From Girardia tigrina (lineage: Eukaryota): 50,860 bases of DNA. Every line of letters begins with the position of its first letter. Position 1 is the stretch's first letter. The notes under the pieces are model-generated. The model had not been told where the DNA came from, made no database searches, and worked only from the letters and a program-made list of their open reading frames with translations. Positions 14,376-24,533 of this stretch are shown in pieces. The translations under genes were made by a program, and so were the position numbers. The stretch spans positions 90,835 through 141,694 of the forward strand of contig MQRK01225506.1 in assembly GCA_001938485.1 (NCBI GenBank), given 5' to 3'.

Positions 14376-15575
14376 CTACTGCATGGCTCCGATTGACTCC
14401 TCTACAGTCGGGCCGTGACCGTTTGGGCTATCGGTGTCGCGATCGTCGTTTCGAGCTTCCTCCATCTCGATCAAGGCAATTTCTTTTCCTCTCCTGAATC
14501 CTCTCTCATAATCATTTTCCGGATATCGTCTTCCACTGTTATACATTTCCTCATTCTGTCTGTGACGATTCGGGCAATCTGTGAAATTCTTTCTTCGATC
14601 TCTGTTCGAATACATCGGCTGGTTGTTCAACTCTGACTCTCTGTACCATGGAGTTTCACGCCTTCTTGTTAGGTTTGGGTAGCAGTCATTCGTATTGTGG
14701 CCATTTGTTCCACACCTTGAGAATTTGATTAAACAATTCCGTCTGATATGACCGGTCCTTCCGCATCCGTAGTAAATTTGAGTCTTCCGTGTGGGGCAAT
14801 TTTTGCTCAGGTGGCTGGTTGAATTGCAAGTCCAGCATTTTCTTGTTTCTCTCGGACTTTGCCTCGTTAAATGACCGGCTTCGGATGGTTGCCTCTTATT
14901 CGGTGGGTGATTCTGAAGTACATTGCTGTATGACCGTCGGGCATATGGTCCGTATTCTTCCGTATATCTCATTTTCACCGCCTTATCTTCGCCCATCGCA
15001 TTGATTTTGTTGTATTTCTTTTGGATTATATCCATTTTTTTCATTGTTTCTTTGATATCTCCCATTTCTTTTTTATCGCTCATTTCAACTTCTTTTATAA
15101 TTTCTTTATCGTCCAGACAATGTTGCAGGATTTCTTTCTCCAGCTCTTCTTCATTCCATTTGTATGACGCCAATTTTGCTGCAAATATTTTGATATTTTT
15201 GAAATAATCTTCTAAATAATTTTAAAATAATTTAATCCCGTCGATAATCTAATATTTCCACCATATCTTTAAATCTAGAATTTTTTTTGTGAATGCTTTC
15301 CGCAATTTGTCATCGAAATTTTTTATATTTACGTCGACTTCTTCGTATATTTTAATTGATTCGTCATCCAATAGAGTCTTCACAAGGATAGCTTTCATGC
15401 TCTCTCTGGTGTTCGTCAGCTCGAAGAATCGCTTGCATTTGGTGATGAATAATTCCACATCTTCGCCTTTTGTGTACCACTCTGGAATTGCTCTGGCCAG
15501 GAGTATTTCCGAGGTCTTGGTCGCCATGTTAGGAACGACATTGGTCGCATAAATGTCTCCTGTTTCTTCCGACAT
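14376..15575 (-). pseudogene. gag: gag of element B (frameshifted)
   Basis: ORFs 15249-15575 and 14376-15173; knuckles CWTCNSTSHLSKNC, YGCGRTGHIRRNC and SRCGTNGHNTNDC. Confidence 0.9.
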
Positions 15576-15818
15576 TCAAATAACAAAAGAAATAAGCCTG
15601 GATCAAAATAATTTATTAATCGACAACTTTTAAATTTTCTACAAAATTTCTGTTTATTTAAACAACTGAATTTATTTGAGGATATTTTTAGTATTTCTAT
15701 TTTTAACCGTTTCTTATAAATATGGATATGGATATAAATATAGATATTTAATAACATTAATAATTATTTAAATGTTGAGAATTAAAATATCTTATAAAAT
15801 ATACTTACAAATCTTACA
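15527..15818 (-). repeat. 5' LTR of element B
   Basis: Direct repeat of 10789-11080, immediately followed on the minus strand by PBS TGGCGACC. Confidence 0.97.
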
Positions 15819-17243
15819 ACGCCTATTAAATAAAATTACTGTATCTAAATTATTTAGCTTGTAACTGGATGAATCGACAAATGTAGTAGGAAAAGCACAT
15901 TTACTTGTTTTTATTCGTTTCATTGAAGAAAATAAAATTGTGGAAGATTTGTTACGCTATAACCAATTTGGTAAAACTACTACAGGAAAAGATGTTTTTG
16001 ACATAATGGATACATATTTTAGATCTGTTGGATTATCAGGTATCTGATGGTGTACTGATGGTGTATCTTCCATGGTAGGTTACTTCAAAGGATTTATATC
16101 GTATGCTAAAAGACAAAATGAAAATATCATACTGACTCATTGTTTTACTCATCGCGAAGCTCTACTAGCAACAACAATGGGATCTGAACTCAAACAATTT
16201 TTGGATGAAGTGATTAAAGTGGTTACTTATATAAAAAGCAGGCCACTTAAATCGAGGATTTTTGAACATCTATGTGAAGAAATGGTAAATCAAAAGAGAC
16301 GCTTAATTTTTCATACGGAAATAAGATGGCTTTCTAAAAGTCGCGTTTTGAATCGCTTCTTCGAATTAAAGAAAGAAATTGAAGAATTTTTTCACCGAGA
16401 AGACAGAAAAGAGAAAATAAGAGAAAAAAATTAAGAAATACAAAAAAAAACAGAAAAAAAACAAATTATTAGAAAATCAATTATGGTGTTTAAAAGTTTC
16501 ACATTTGACAGACTTATTTGGTCATTTAAATGCACTTAATTTAAGCATGCAAGACAAACATAAAAATATTATGTCTTCTACAGATAAAATTAAAACCTTT
16601 CAAGCTCAAATAAGAGAAGACAACATAAGTATGTTCGTAAAAGTTGCGGAAAGTAAAACTGAAACATTGCATTTCCTGCTATGATTGGATACGTAATCCT
16701 TTTGTTGAATTTATTCATGATTTAAATCTTTCGTAAAAAGAGGAATTATTAAGTTTTCGTAATGATCGTTCACTGCGACTTAAACATTCTGAAATTTATA
16801 TTGATTCGTTTTGGGTAGATATTCGAAAAAAAATATGTAAATATAGGGGAAAGAGCTTGCAAAATTCTATTTTCTACTTCGTATTTATATGAAGCAGGAT
16901 TTTCTGCTCTCATAAACATAAAAACAAAAAAGTGCAAGACTCAATTCTGTTGAAAATGAATTGAGAATACGTCTCTCAAATATTAGACCTGACATTGACA
17001 CATTAGTTGCAAATCACCAAGGTCAAGTGTCTCATTAGTAATTGTGAAGAACCGAAAGTGTCTTCACTTTTTAAAATAAAAAAACCGAGAATAATATTTC
17101 CAAAATATATTTCCAACGTCTAACAATTTAACATTTTATTTCGTCAATTTGTTAATCGATTTAATTNNNNNNNNNNNNNNNNNNNNNNNNNNNNNNNNNN
17201 NNNNNNNNNNNNNNNNNNNNNNNNNNNNNNNNGTTACGTTGTT

Positions 17244-17589
17244 TCAAACAATTTGAAAATTATGTTCGAATCTTGATTTGATTTTGTTACGGAATTCGTT
17301 ATTTAAATGTGTGAAATCAATTTCCTCAAATGGTTTTTTTGCACAAAATCTGTTTCGTTTCTGATTTACAATTGTTTTGATGCCATTTATGATCAAAAGG
17401 AATGAATTTTTTTGATTTTTCACAATTTTGTATGGTCCGTCGAATCTGCCAGTTATGTTATCTCGGACTAAAGCTCTAAAGTCAGAGAAAGTATTTGTAA
17501 ATGTTTCATTGATTTCCTCAGTTAACAATTTGTTGATGTTCTTAATTTGACCTACGGAAGTGATGTTGTTAACGTGATTTTGTTTTTTT
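17244..17589 (-). pseudogene. Integrase C-terminal (GPY/F) remnant of the boule-carrying element
   Basis: ALVRDNITGRFDGPYKIVKNQKNSFLLIINGIKTIVN lies just upstream of the 3' LTR. Confidence 0.7.
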
Positions 17590-17807
17590 NNNNNNNNNNN
17601 NNNNNNNNNNNNNNNNNNNNNNNNNNNNNNNNNNNNNNNNNNNNNNNNNNNNNNNNNNNNNNNNNNNNNNNNNNNNNNNNNNNNNNNNNNNNNNNNNNNN
17701 NNNNNNNNNNNNNNNNNNNNNNNNNNNNNNNNNNNNNNNNNNNNNNNNNNNNNNNNNNNNNNNNNNNNNNNNNNNNNNNNNNNNNNNNNNNNNNNNNNNN
17801 NNNNNNN

Positions 17808-19000
17808 AAGTTTTAACGTCATTTTGAGAAATATGTAGAATTTCGTGTCTTGGAGTCATTGGACTCAACAAATGTGTTGTGGTAGGTGTTACATTAGGAG
17901 GAGAAAGATTCTGGGATTTTGTAGTAGACATCCCCTCTAATGTTTGAGCAGTCGTATTAGAACTATTATTACTAGAAGATTGCAAAGGAGATTGAGGAGC
18001 TGCTGTTAATCCAGCTAATGTAACACATGGTGTTGCAGTGGTCGAATCAGNNNNNNNNNNNNNNNNNNNNNNNNNNNNNNNNNNNNNNNNNNNNNNNNNN
18101 GTCTAGTTTGTAGAGATGCCACTTGTTGTGCATAATTAGGGTTAGGAATTACGGCAGCAGGAATTTGATGAACGTACTGAGGTTGCGGTAAATACATCGT
18201 TGTGGTCGATTGAGGTAACGTCATAGTTGCATATTGTGGAGACAACACTGTGAAATTGCACAGGAACCTGACATAAAAATGATCCATTTTGCAAAGCATA
18301 TGGAACTAGTCCATTATATGAAACTGTTCCAGAAATTTCTTGTCGAGGATATAAATGTTTCTTTCTTACAGCTTGTTTAATGTTTAATTTTCTCTCTTTA
18401 AAGATCAATGTTTCAGATTCATTCTTGGTGAGATTTTCAGCAATTTCTTCATTTTCAAAAGTCACAAATCCATAGCTTCTTTTCGATAATCCCGTACGAT
18501 CATTTATTATATTTGCGTATTTAATTGGACCATAATGTGAAAAGAAAATTTTCAAAAGTCACAAATCCATAGCTTCTTTTCTATAATCCCGTACGATCAT
18601 TTATTATATTTGCGTATTTAATTGGACCATAATTCGAAAAGAAAATTTTTAATTCGTCCTCAGTTGTATTTGATGTGAGTCCACCCACAAAAATTCTGTT
18701 TGGTATAAGTGTACCAATTTTCGGTATTGATACATGAGAAACAGAATTGAGCTGATTTATTTGATTGATCTTGTTATGCTTCACTTTCTTTATAGTTTTA
18801 GAAATTCCCAATGCCAATAAAGAGTATTCAATATTTTTTTGTACATCGAAAAGCAGTCTTTCCATAACGTTTAATAGAAAATTGTATTTTATGTTCAACT
18901 GCGATAAATTATCTTGTTGATCTTGATATATGGATAATACTTCCTGGATTAACTGATTGAAATTTTTTTTTGAAGAACTTTTCTTTTTTAATAGAGGCAT
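17808..19000 (-). pseudogene. boule: Intronless boule (DAZ-family RRM) copy fused behind an ~85-aa non-Boule N-terminus
   Basis: PKIGTLIPNRIFVGGLTSNTTEDELKIFFSNYGPIKYANIINDRTGLSKRSYGFVTFENEEIAENL...LIFKERKLNIKQAVRKK matches the Boule RRM signature (GTVIPNRIFVGG...DRAGVSKGYGFVTF...KKLNIGPAIRKQ), followed by P/Q/Y-rich and S/T/P-rich tails. Disrupted by a 97-bp tandem duplication, a TAG at 18581-18583 and a frameshift near 18260. Confidence 0.88.
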
Positions 19001-19020
19001 CTTCTTTTTTCTTTTTTTTT

Positions 19021-19032
19021 CTTCTGACACCA
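19021..19032 (-). promoter_or_regulatory. Primer-binding site complementary to the tRNA-Leu(CAA) 3' end
   Basis: TGGTGTCAGAAG lies 2 nt after the LTR-terminal CA and is complementary to ...CUUCUGACACCA. Confidence 0.85.
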
Positions 19033-19219
19033 ATTGTGAAGAACCGAAAGTGTCTTCACTTTTTAAAATAAAAAAACCGAGAATAATATTTCCAAAATAT
19101 ATTTCCAACGTCTAACAATTTAACATTTTATTTCGTCAATTTGTTAATCGATTTAATTATATTATAGGAATTAAATCCTATATAAATTAAATCACTACAG
19201 TAATTATTAATAATAATTT

Positions 19220-21813
19220 TGGTGGATACGTCTATCCAGAGTCCATCTTTAATTTTGCTTGTTTTTTGTGATGGTTGATGGTAGTTACTGATAGTTGGGT
19301 CAGGTTCTTGGTTCAGGATTAATTCTTTTTTAGGAGATATGAAAGAGGTCTTTTTAATCTTCTTCATATTGTCTAGATAAAAAATCAGCAACTATGTTTT
19401 CAGAACCGCTGGTATAATTGATATGAAAGTTGAACTGAGACAAGAATTGAATCCAACGCAATTGTCGATTTGATGGGTTTTTCATAGAATTTAGACAGAG
19501 TAATGGTTTGTGATCGGCTTTTACTTAGAACTTGGAGCTTCCGAGGTGGTATTTGAAGTGTTTCACTTCGATGACTATCGATAGCAGTTCCCGATCGACA
19601 TTGGAATATTTACTTTCTGTGGTCGAGAATGTCCTAGAGAAGAATTATGCTGGCTTCAGTTTGCCACTGGAGTCACTATGGTTAAGGCTACTACCTACTG
19701 CTGTGACTGAGGCATCTGTGCACAGAATGAAAGAGTCGTTGTTGTCCGGTGGGTATCTTGGCTTGATATTTCTAACTTAAGTTATGGCTTCTTCATGAGT
19801 GTTCTCCCAGACGAATTTTGTCCGATGATTCTTGACTGTCAGCTCGCATAAAGGAACCAGTGTTTCAGAAAGGTTTTGAATAAGCCTGTGGTAGAAAGTG
19901 ATAGCTCCGATAAATCGTAAGAGAATCTTCAAGTGGGAGGACTAGACCAAATATTAAACGTGTTTTGTTGTAAAGGTTCAATTCCAGCTGGTGTGATTTT
20001 GAAACATAAAAACTCAATTTCGCGGATTTTCCGGCATTATTTGCTTGAGTTGATTCTCAATTTGGTGACTTGTAAGCATTGCATAAATTCTTGAACGTGT
20101 TTTTGATGATCTTGTTCGTTTCGGGAGAAGATAAAGATGTTATCAATGTACACTAGAGCATATGATTAGCAAACACGTAACAATGTATCCATTAGCCGTT
20201 AAAAGCTTTAAGCGGCATTCCGCAAACCTAATGGCATGAAATTGTATTCGAACAGCCAAATGGTGTGATTACTGCGGTCTAGTGTTTATCCTTTTCTTCT
20301 AATGAAACTTGGTGATATGCTTTTTCGACATCAATACTGGAGAAAATCTGACAATTTGTGACTTAGTCCCGAATATCGGTTAAGCTCGGTAATGTTAATC
20401 GGCATGGTCTGCTTTTTCCGTTGAGTACTCTGTTGTCGCCACATGGGCGGAAAGAGCAGTCTCTCTTTTTGACTATGACTAATGCAAAAGACCAGTCACT
20501 TTTCCTTTCACGGATTATTCCTCTCTGGAGAAATTCAGTGAATTGTTTTCGGACGTTTTCTAGGATCATTTTTTCCATTCTTCGGGCTTTCTAATTAATT
20601 GGTTGACCTGTAGTAGCAATGTTCCGAACAGGTAATGTTGATATATGATTGATTTGGGCAGGGCTTTGGAGTAAAATATTGTGGCAAACGATGAGGAGCT
20701 CGTGGGCTGCCAGGAAATGAGAATCAAGTATAGATCGGCGGACGTCTGCAAACAGTAATACCGTCGAAGCATAGTTATACGAAATTTTTATAATTTTTCT
20801 CCGTATACCTTTATTGAGGTGTTATTGGTTGAGATTAGTTCTCTTCGAGTGATTTGTGAATCTTGTTGAAACATTTGGGCTGGTAGCACACTGATGTCTA
20901 CTCTTGAATCGATTAAAAAATTAAAAGATACTTTTCCGGATGTGGCATGTACTGATAATATGGCGTTGAAATTAGCTTATGGCGGTTTTACCTGTGAGAA
21001 ATCGTGTATCGGGGGTTGATAATTAAATTTTGGGACCTCTATATTCGACTTTACAGGGTCTCTTTTCCTTTTCCCAACGGTTTGGAATTTGGCCATGAGC
21101 ATGGTTTTAGTCATTTTTGCATTATGTCCAAATTTATGATGACAGCATCACACTGGTTGACTGTCTAACGGTGAATTACATATATATTTCTTGAGACAGT
21201 TCAATTCTTTCTTCATATCTTCAAGATCGCATGGAAGTGGTTGACTTAGCGGTTCGATCCCGTATAACTGATCCATTTCGATGGAGATATAAAGGTCTGC
21301 TTTGGAAGCCAAATCATCTAGTTGATATGGTTCATAGACAATTAGATGACATCTGATATGTGGGTAAAAAATCCAGAAATTGATGTCTAAGTAATTCGCA
21401 TGCATTCAAAGGAAGTTGTCGGTCTCAAGACTTTGGGGCACTGTTTCAGCTCTTCGAGTAATCAGGGAAGGTTTGATGTGTCGGTCCGTTTTGAGCTGGG
21501 TAATTTCCCGCAGAGCTTGTTGAAATTCTTGATGAATGCCATTTTGAGTTTGTTGGACGGTACTGAGTAAGTTTAGATCCATAGCCGAAGAAACAGAGTC
21601 CAATGTTTATGGCAGAAGATTTGTTAATAAGTGGAAAGGATTGGTCTTCTGATTTGTAATATTCGTCAATTTAAAGTCAGCTTCCACTTGAGAAATCCAT
21701 TTGGCTGGGTTTTTGAAGAAAGAAGGAATGTTAACCTGAATGTGGTTGTTCTCAGCTACGCTTCTGACACCATTGTGGAAGATTTTATCTTTATTTAAAC
21801 AATTTGAACTCAT
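19220..21813 (-). mobile_element. Decayed Ty3/Gypsy internal region (element C: gag-PR-RT-RNase H), no LTRs seen
   Basis: Gag IPSFFKNPAKWISQVEADFKLTNIT; knuckle CCHHKFGHNA; protease FLIDSRVDISVLP; RT WSFALVIVKKRDCSFRPCGDNRVLN, MPLGLRNA, YIDNI; RNase H DASVTAVG, DRELL, TDHKPL, NIVADFLSR. Truncated before the integrase core. Confidence 0.88.
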
Positions 21814-22246
21814 TGAGTAATCAACAATAAGACACTTTTTCAAATTTTATTTTTGTTTTTAAAACATTACATTTAAACAACATAATTATTAATATTTTTT
21901 AATATATTTAATTTAAATAAGTAGGTGTTAAATATGCCTACAAAATCTTTTTAAGCTATTTAGATTTAATCATAGTTTTCCTAAATATTCTGTGTTCGAT
22001 ACCGACTCTTTTTGTTTTGGCTTCAACATCTTTTCTATCAATGGACGATGCACCTCATGATGTTCTGTTAAGAACAAATCATGATATAAATTGTAAAATA
22101 ATAAATGGTTACTCAATATATATATATATATATATACAGTCAGGTGCAAAAGTTTGTGAACGCTTGTTGTTAAATTGTTTTTTGCACCCAACTGCAATTA
22201 TATTGACAAAAGCACACCAAAATACAAAGATTTTATTAGAACATTA

Positions 22247-24533
22247 TGTCACGACCCACTTGTTCGCAGCAGTTTTGCAAGCTCAGAGCCCCCAGTGACT
22301 GTTAAAGGTCAGCCACAACCCTATTTGAACTTATATTATCTATAGGTTGTTTTTAATATTCATTTAAACACTAGACTTATTTATGGGTCGGACGCCTCTT
22401 CTTGCTCGACATCTGTCTAGCAGTGCCGAGTCTGAAGGGCCTGCGGGTTCGGTTCAAGACGGGACGGGCTATGGGCCCCCCGCCTAGCGGAGCGTCGCTC
22501 GGGGATGATTTTATTCGAGTTAGAACTCTTAGCATTTACTATTACGTGTATTATGTAATGTAGAACTTACGGCAGTGTTGTGTTTGAATGTGACTTATTG
22601 CGTTTGTATGTTGTGTCTTTACTAACTTGTGGCACTGTGTATGTTGTTGCGTAACTAGAAGAAGTATATCATATAAGAGTCACTATTAATGATCATTATA
22701 TTATCAGGAGACCCATAATCGACAACAGCTCTAACGTATCCTACTCCCATGTCTATGTCGCCTATATCAGACAATATAACTCAACTTAACCCGTTACGGA
22801 TTCGCAATTCGCTAAATTCTTTTCGCTAGTCTATTTTCTGTCCTATTTCTTTTGGGGAAATTATCCATATATGAATCCTTCAACACTCAAGGATTCCCCT
22901 TTAAAATGGGCCTCGGGTTAAACAATTGCTCGAGATATATTAATTATGATTATAGAATGAACTTCGGGGTGAATTTTGAAATTTTATTTCAAAGCGTAGG
23001 ATTCTGATAATAATATAAGAAAANNNNNNNNNNNNNNNNNNNNNNNNNNNNNNNNNNNNNNNNNNNNNNNNNNNNNNNNNNNNNNNNNNNNNNNNNNNNN
23101 NNNNNNNNNNNNNNNNNNNNNNNNNNNNNNNNNNNNNNNNNNNNNNNNNNNNNNNNNNNNNNNNNNNNNAAAAAACTTTCAAAATTAAAATTAAAATAAA
23201 TCATGAGTTCCAAAAATTGCATAAATCAAATTATCGTTTTCCGGAATAAAATTTAGAATATCACTTAAAACTAAATTATCGCTTAAAATAAAATGAGTAA
23301 CAACATTATAAAAAAATAATTTGTATTTATTTAAATAATAACAATGTTGTTCTTATTCAAATTTCCCGATAAACATTCGTCAGTGTTTCTGGAAATGACT
23401 CGTAAATCGGTCGCCAAGGACCGTTTTGCGGCTCCAACCGATCGAAAACGGAGGCCCCGGAAATACCCTCCGAAAAAGCCATGTCTGATATCGATGAGAC
23501 ATACACGATCACCGGGACNNCGTGGTCTCGCTCGGGCGCTGATACTTCAGCGATCTGTAACCGATCCTGTGACATTCTGGAGGCGGGCGACGGCGACGGT
23601 GGACGTTCCACTAAAGCTCTAAAGGTAAACTATACTACCCTCTCTAATTTAACCGAATCGGGTTTTGCCGTTATTATTTAGTATCGTAAAAAATGCGTAT
23701 AATTTAAATATTAAATTAACACATGAAATGTAAATATATATTTGAAGAATAATAAGGAAATTTACATTTAAAATTACTCTCGATATAGTCGCGTTGGATT
23801 CTCCAGAGGAATATTCTTCGGCCGTTAAATATAATATGTTTTTTTTGTCTGCTTTATTGTCGTTTTGTGTGAACTTTTGTGTTTTTAACTGTTTCTTTTA
23901 TAGTTGCAGGACGACACACCGGCTCCAGATTCCACCAATGGTCGGGATGGTCTGGTTTTTTCGGATTCCCGATTGGATGGCCAAGTATGTAGGTCGTTTA
24001 AATTTTTGATATTTTCGTTTTCATTATAGGATTCACTGCCCGTGTGCCGACCTACATCTGCATGTGATGCATCGGCATGCGGTCAATTAAGGGCATTGCT
24101 GTTATTTTTAGCTCCGAGGGTACGTTTTTTAATTAGTCTTTGTTATTTGTATATTAATTTTTGATTCTTTGCAGGGTTATATCTCTTTATCCAAAGGTCA
24201 CATGAAGATGCGGTTTCTCGTCCTCGATATAGTCCTTATCCAAATCTATACGGGGAGGGTTTGCTAATCAATTTCGACCACCGGGTAAGTTTTGGCGTAA
24301 CGTTATATGTTTTGTTCCTTTATGTGGTTGTTTTTAGTCTCATTGCAATGCCCACAATGTTCTGTCGGACCGCTGGGGTGTCAGGGACCATTCCAGGATC
24401 TCGGTGCTCGCTCAGCGACCCATTGTCATGTATTGTGTCAAGCTCATCAAAGAAATGTATTATACCAACTTCTCGTTTCTTCTTTCTTTTGTTATGCATG
24501 TGTATGTTAATAAATATATTTTGGACCGTAACA
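22247..24533 (+). mobile_element. Long solo-LTR-like insertion (TGTCACG...CGTAACA) within the Tc1 element
   Basis: LTR-type inverted termini; AATAAA at 24509-24514 near the 3' end; sits between the Tc1 TIR and the Tc1 stop codon. TSD imperfect (ttat) and there is an internal N gap. Confidence 0.5.
23395..24510 (+). pseudogene. Multi-exon gene or pseudogene of unknown function inside the LTR-like insertion
   Basis: GC-richer exons separated by AT-rich GT-AG introns at 23625-23903, 23985-24029, 24120-24174 and 24285-24337; basic RKRRPRK N-terminus and a Cys/His-rich last exon. Confidence 0.5.

Larger units (their letters stand above)
10789..15818 (-). mobile_element. Structurally complete Ty3/Gypsy LTR retrotransposon (element B), coding-defective
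   Basis: 292-bp LTRs (TG..CA) with 3 mismatches; TSD ACGCC at 10784-10788 and 15819-15823; PBS TGGCGACC; PPT aaaaaaagggggga at 11081-11094. Gag with three CCHC-type knuckles, protease LLDTSAS, RT (LCLDFRQLN, RMPFG, CLDN in place of YLDD), RNase H (TDHK, NADMLSR), integrase (NGIIER, YEGPY). Confidence 0.97.
9162..17038 (+). mobile_element. Buster/Charlie-type hAT transposon, transposase pseudogene 10019-17038, split by nested insertions
   Basis: 5' TIR CAGTGATTCCAAACCT with gtgccgcg subterminal repeats; BED finger CIVCGEVFSNEAMNPSILKRH; FSL*LDEST, THCFTHREAL, TEIRWLSK, FSTSYLYEAGFS and terminal GQVSH*. Removing the insertions restores the frame (GETL|ILPVC and IETR|LLNKI). 3' TIR not found. 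Confidence 0.92.
17043..19199 (-). mobile_element. Non-autonomous LTR retroelement (about 2.16 kb) carrying a boule retrocopy
   Basis: 5' LTR 19035-19199 (TGTAGT...TTCACA on minus); 3' LTR visible at 17043-17166, identical, remainder in the N gap; TSD GTAAT at 17038-17042 and 19200-19204; PBS TGGTGTCAGAAG; integrase GPY remnant before the 3' LTR. Confidence 0.9.

Noticed and set aside
11167-15552. Plus-strand ORFs overlapping element B
   Set aside because: Antisense shadows of gag-pol with no independent motifs.
17244-21813. Boule replacing the integrase core of Gypsy element C
   Set aside because: The boule segment has its own LTR pair, PBS and TSD (17043-19199), so it is a separate insertion that merely neighbours element C.
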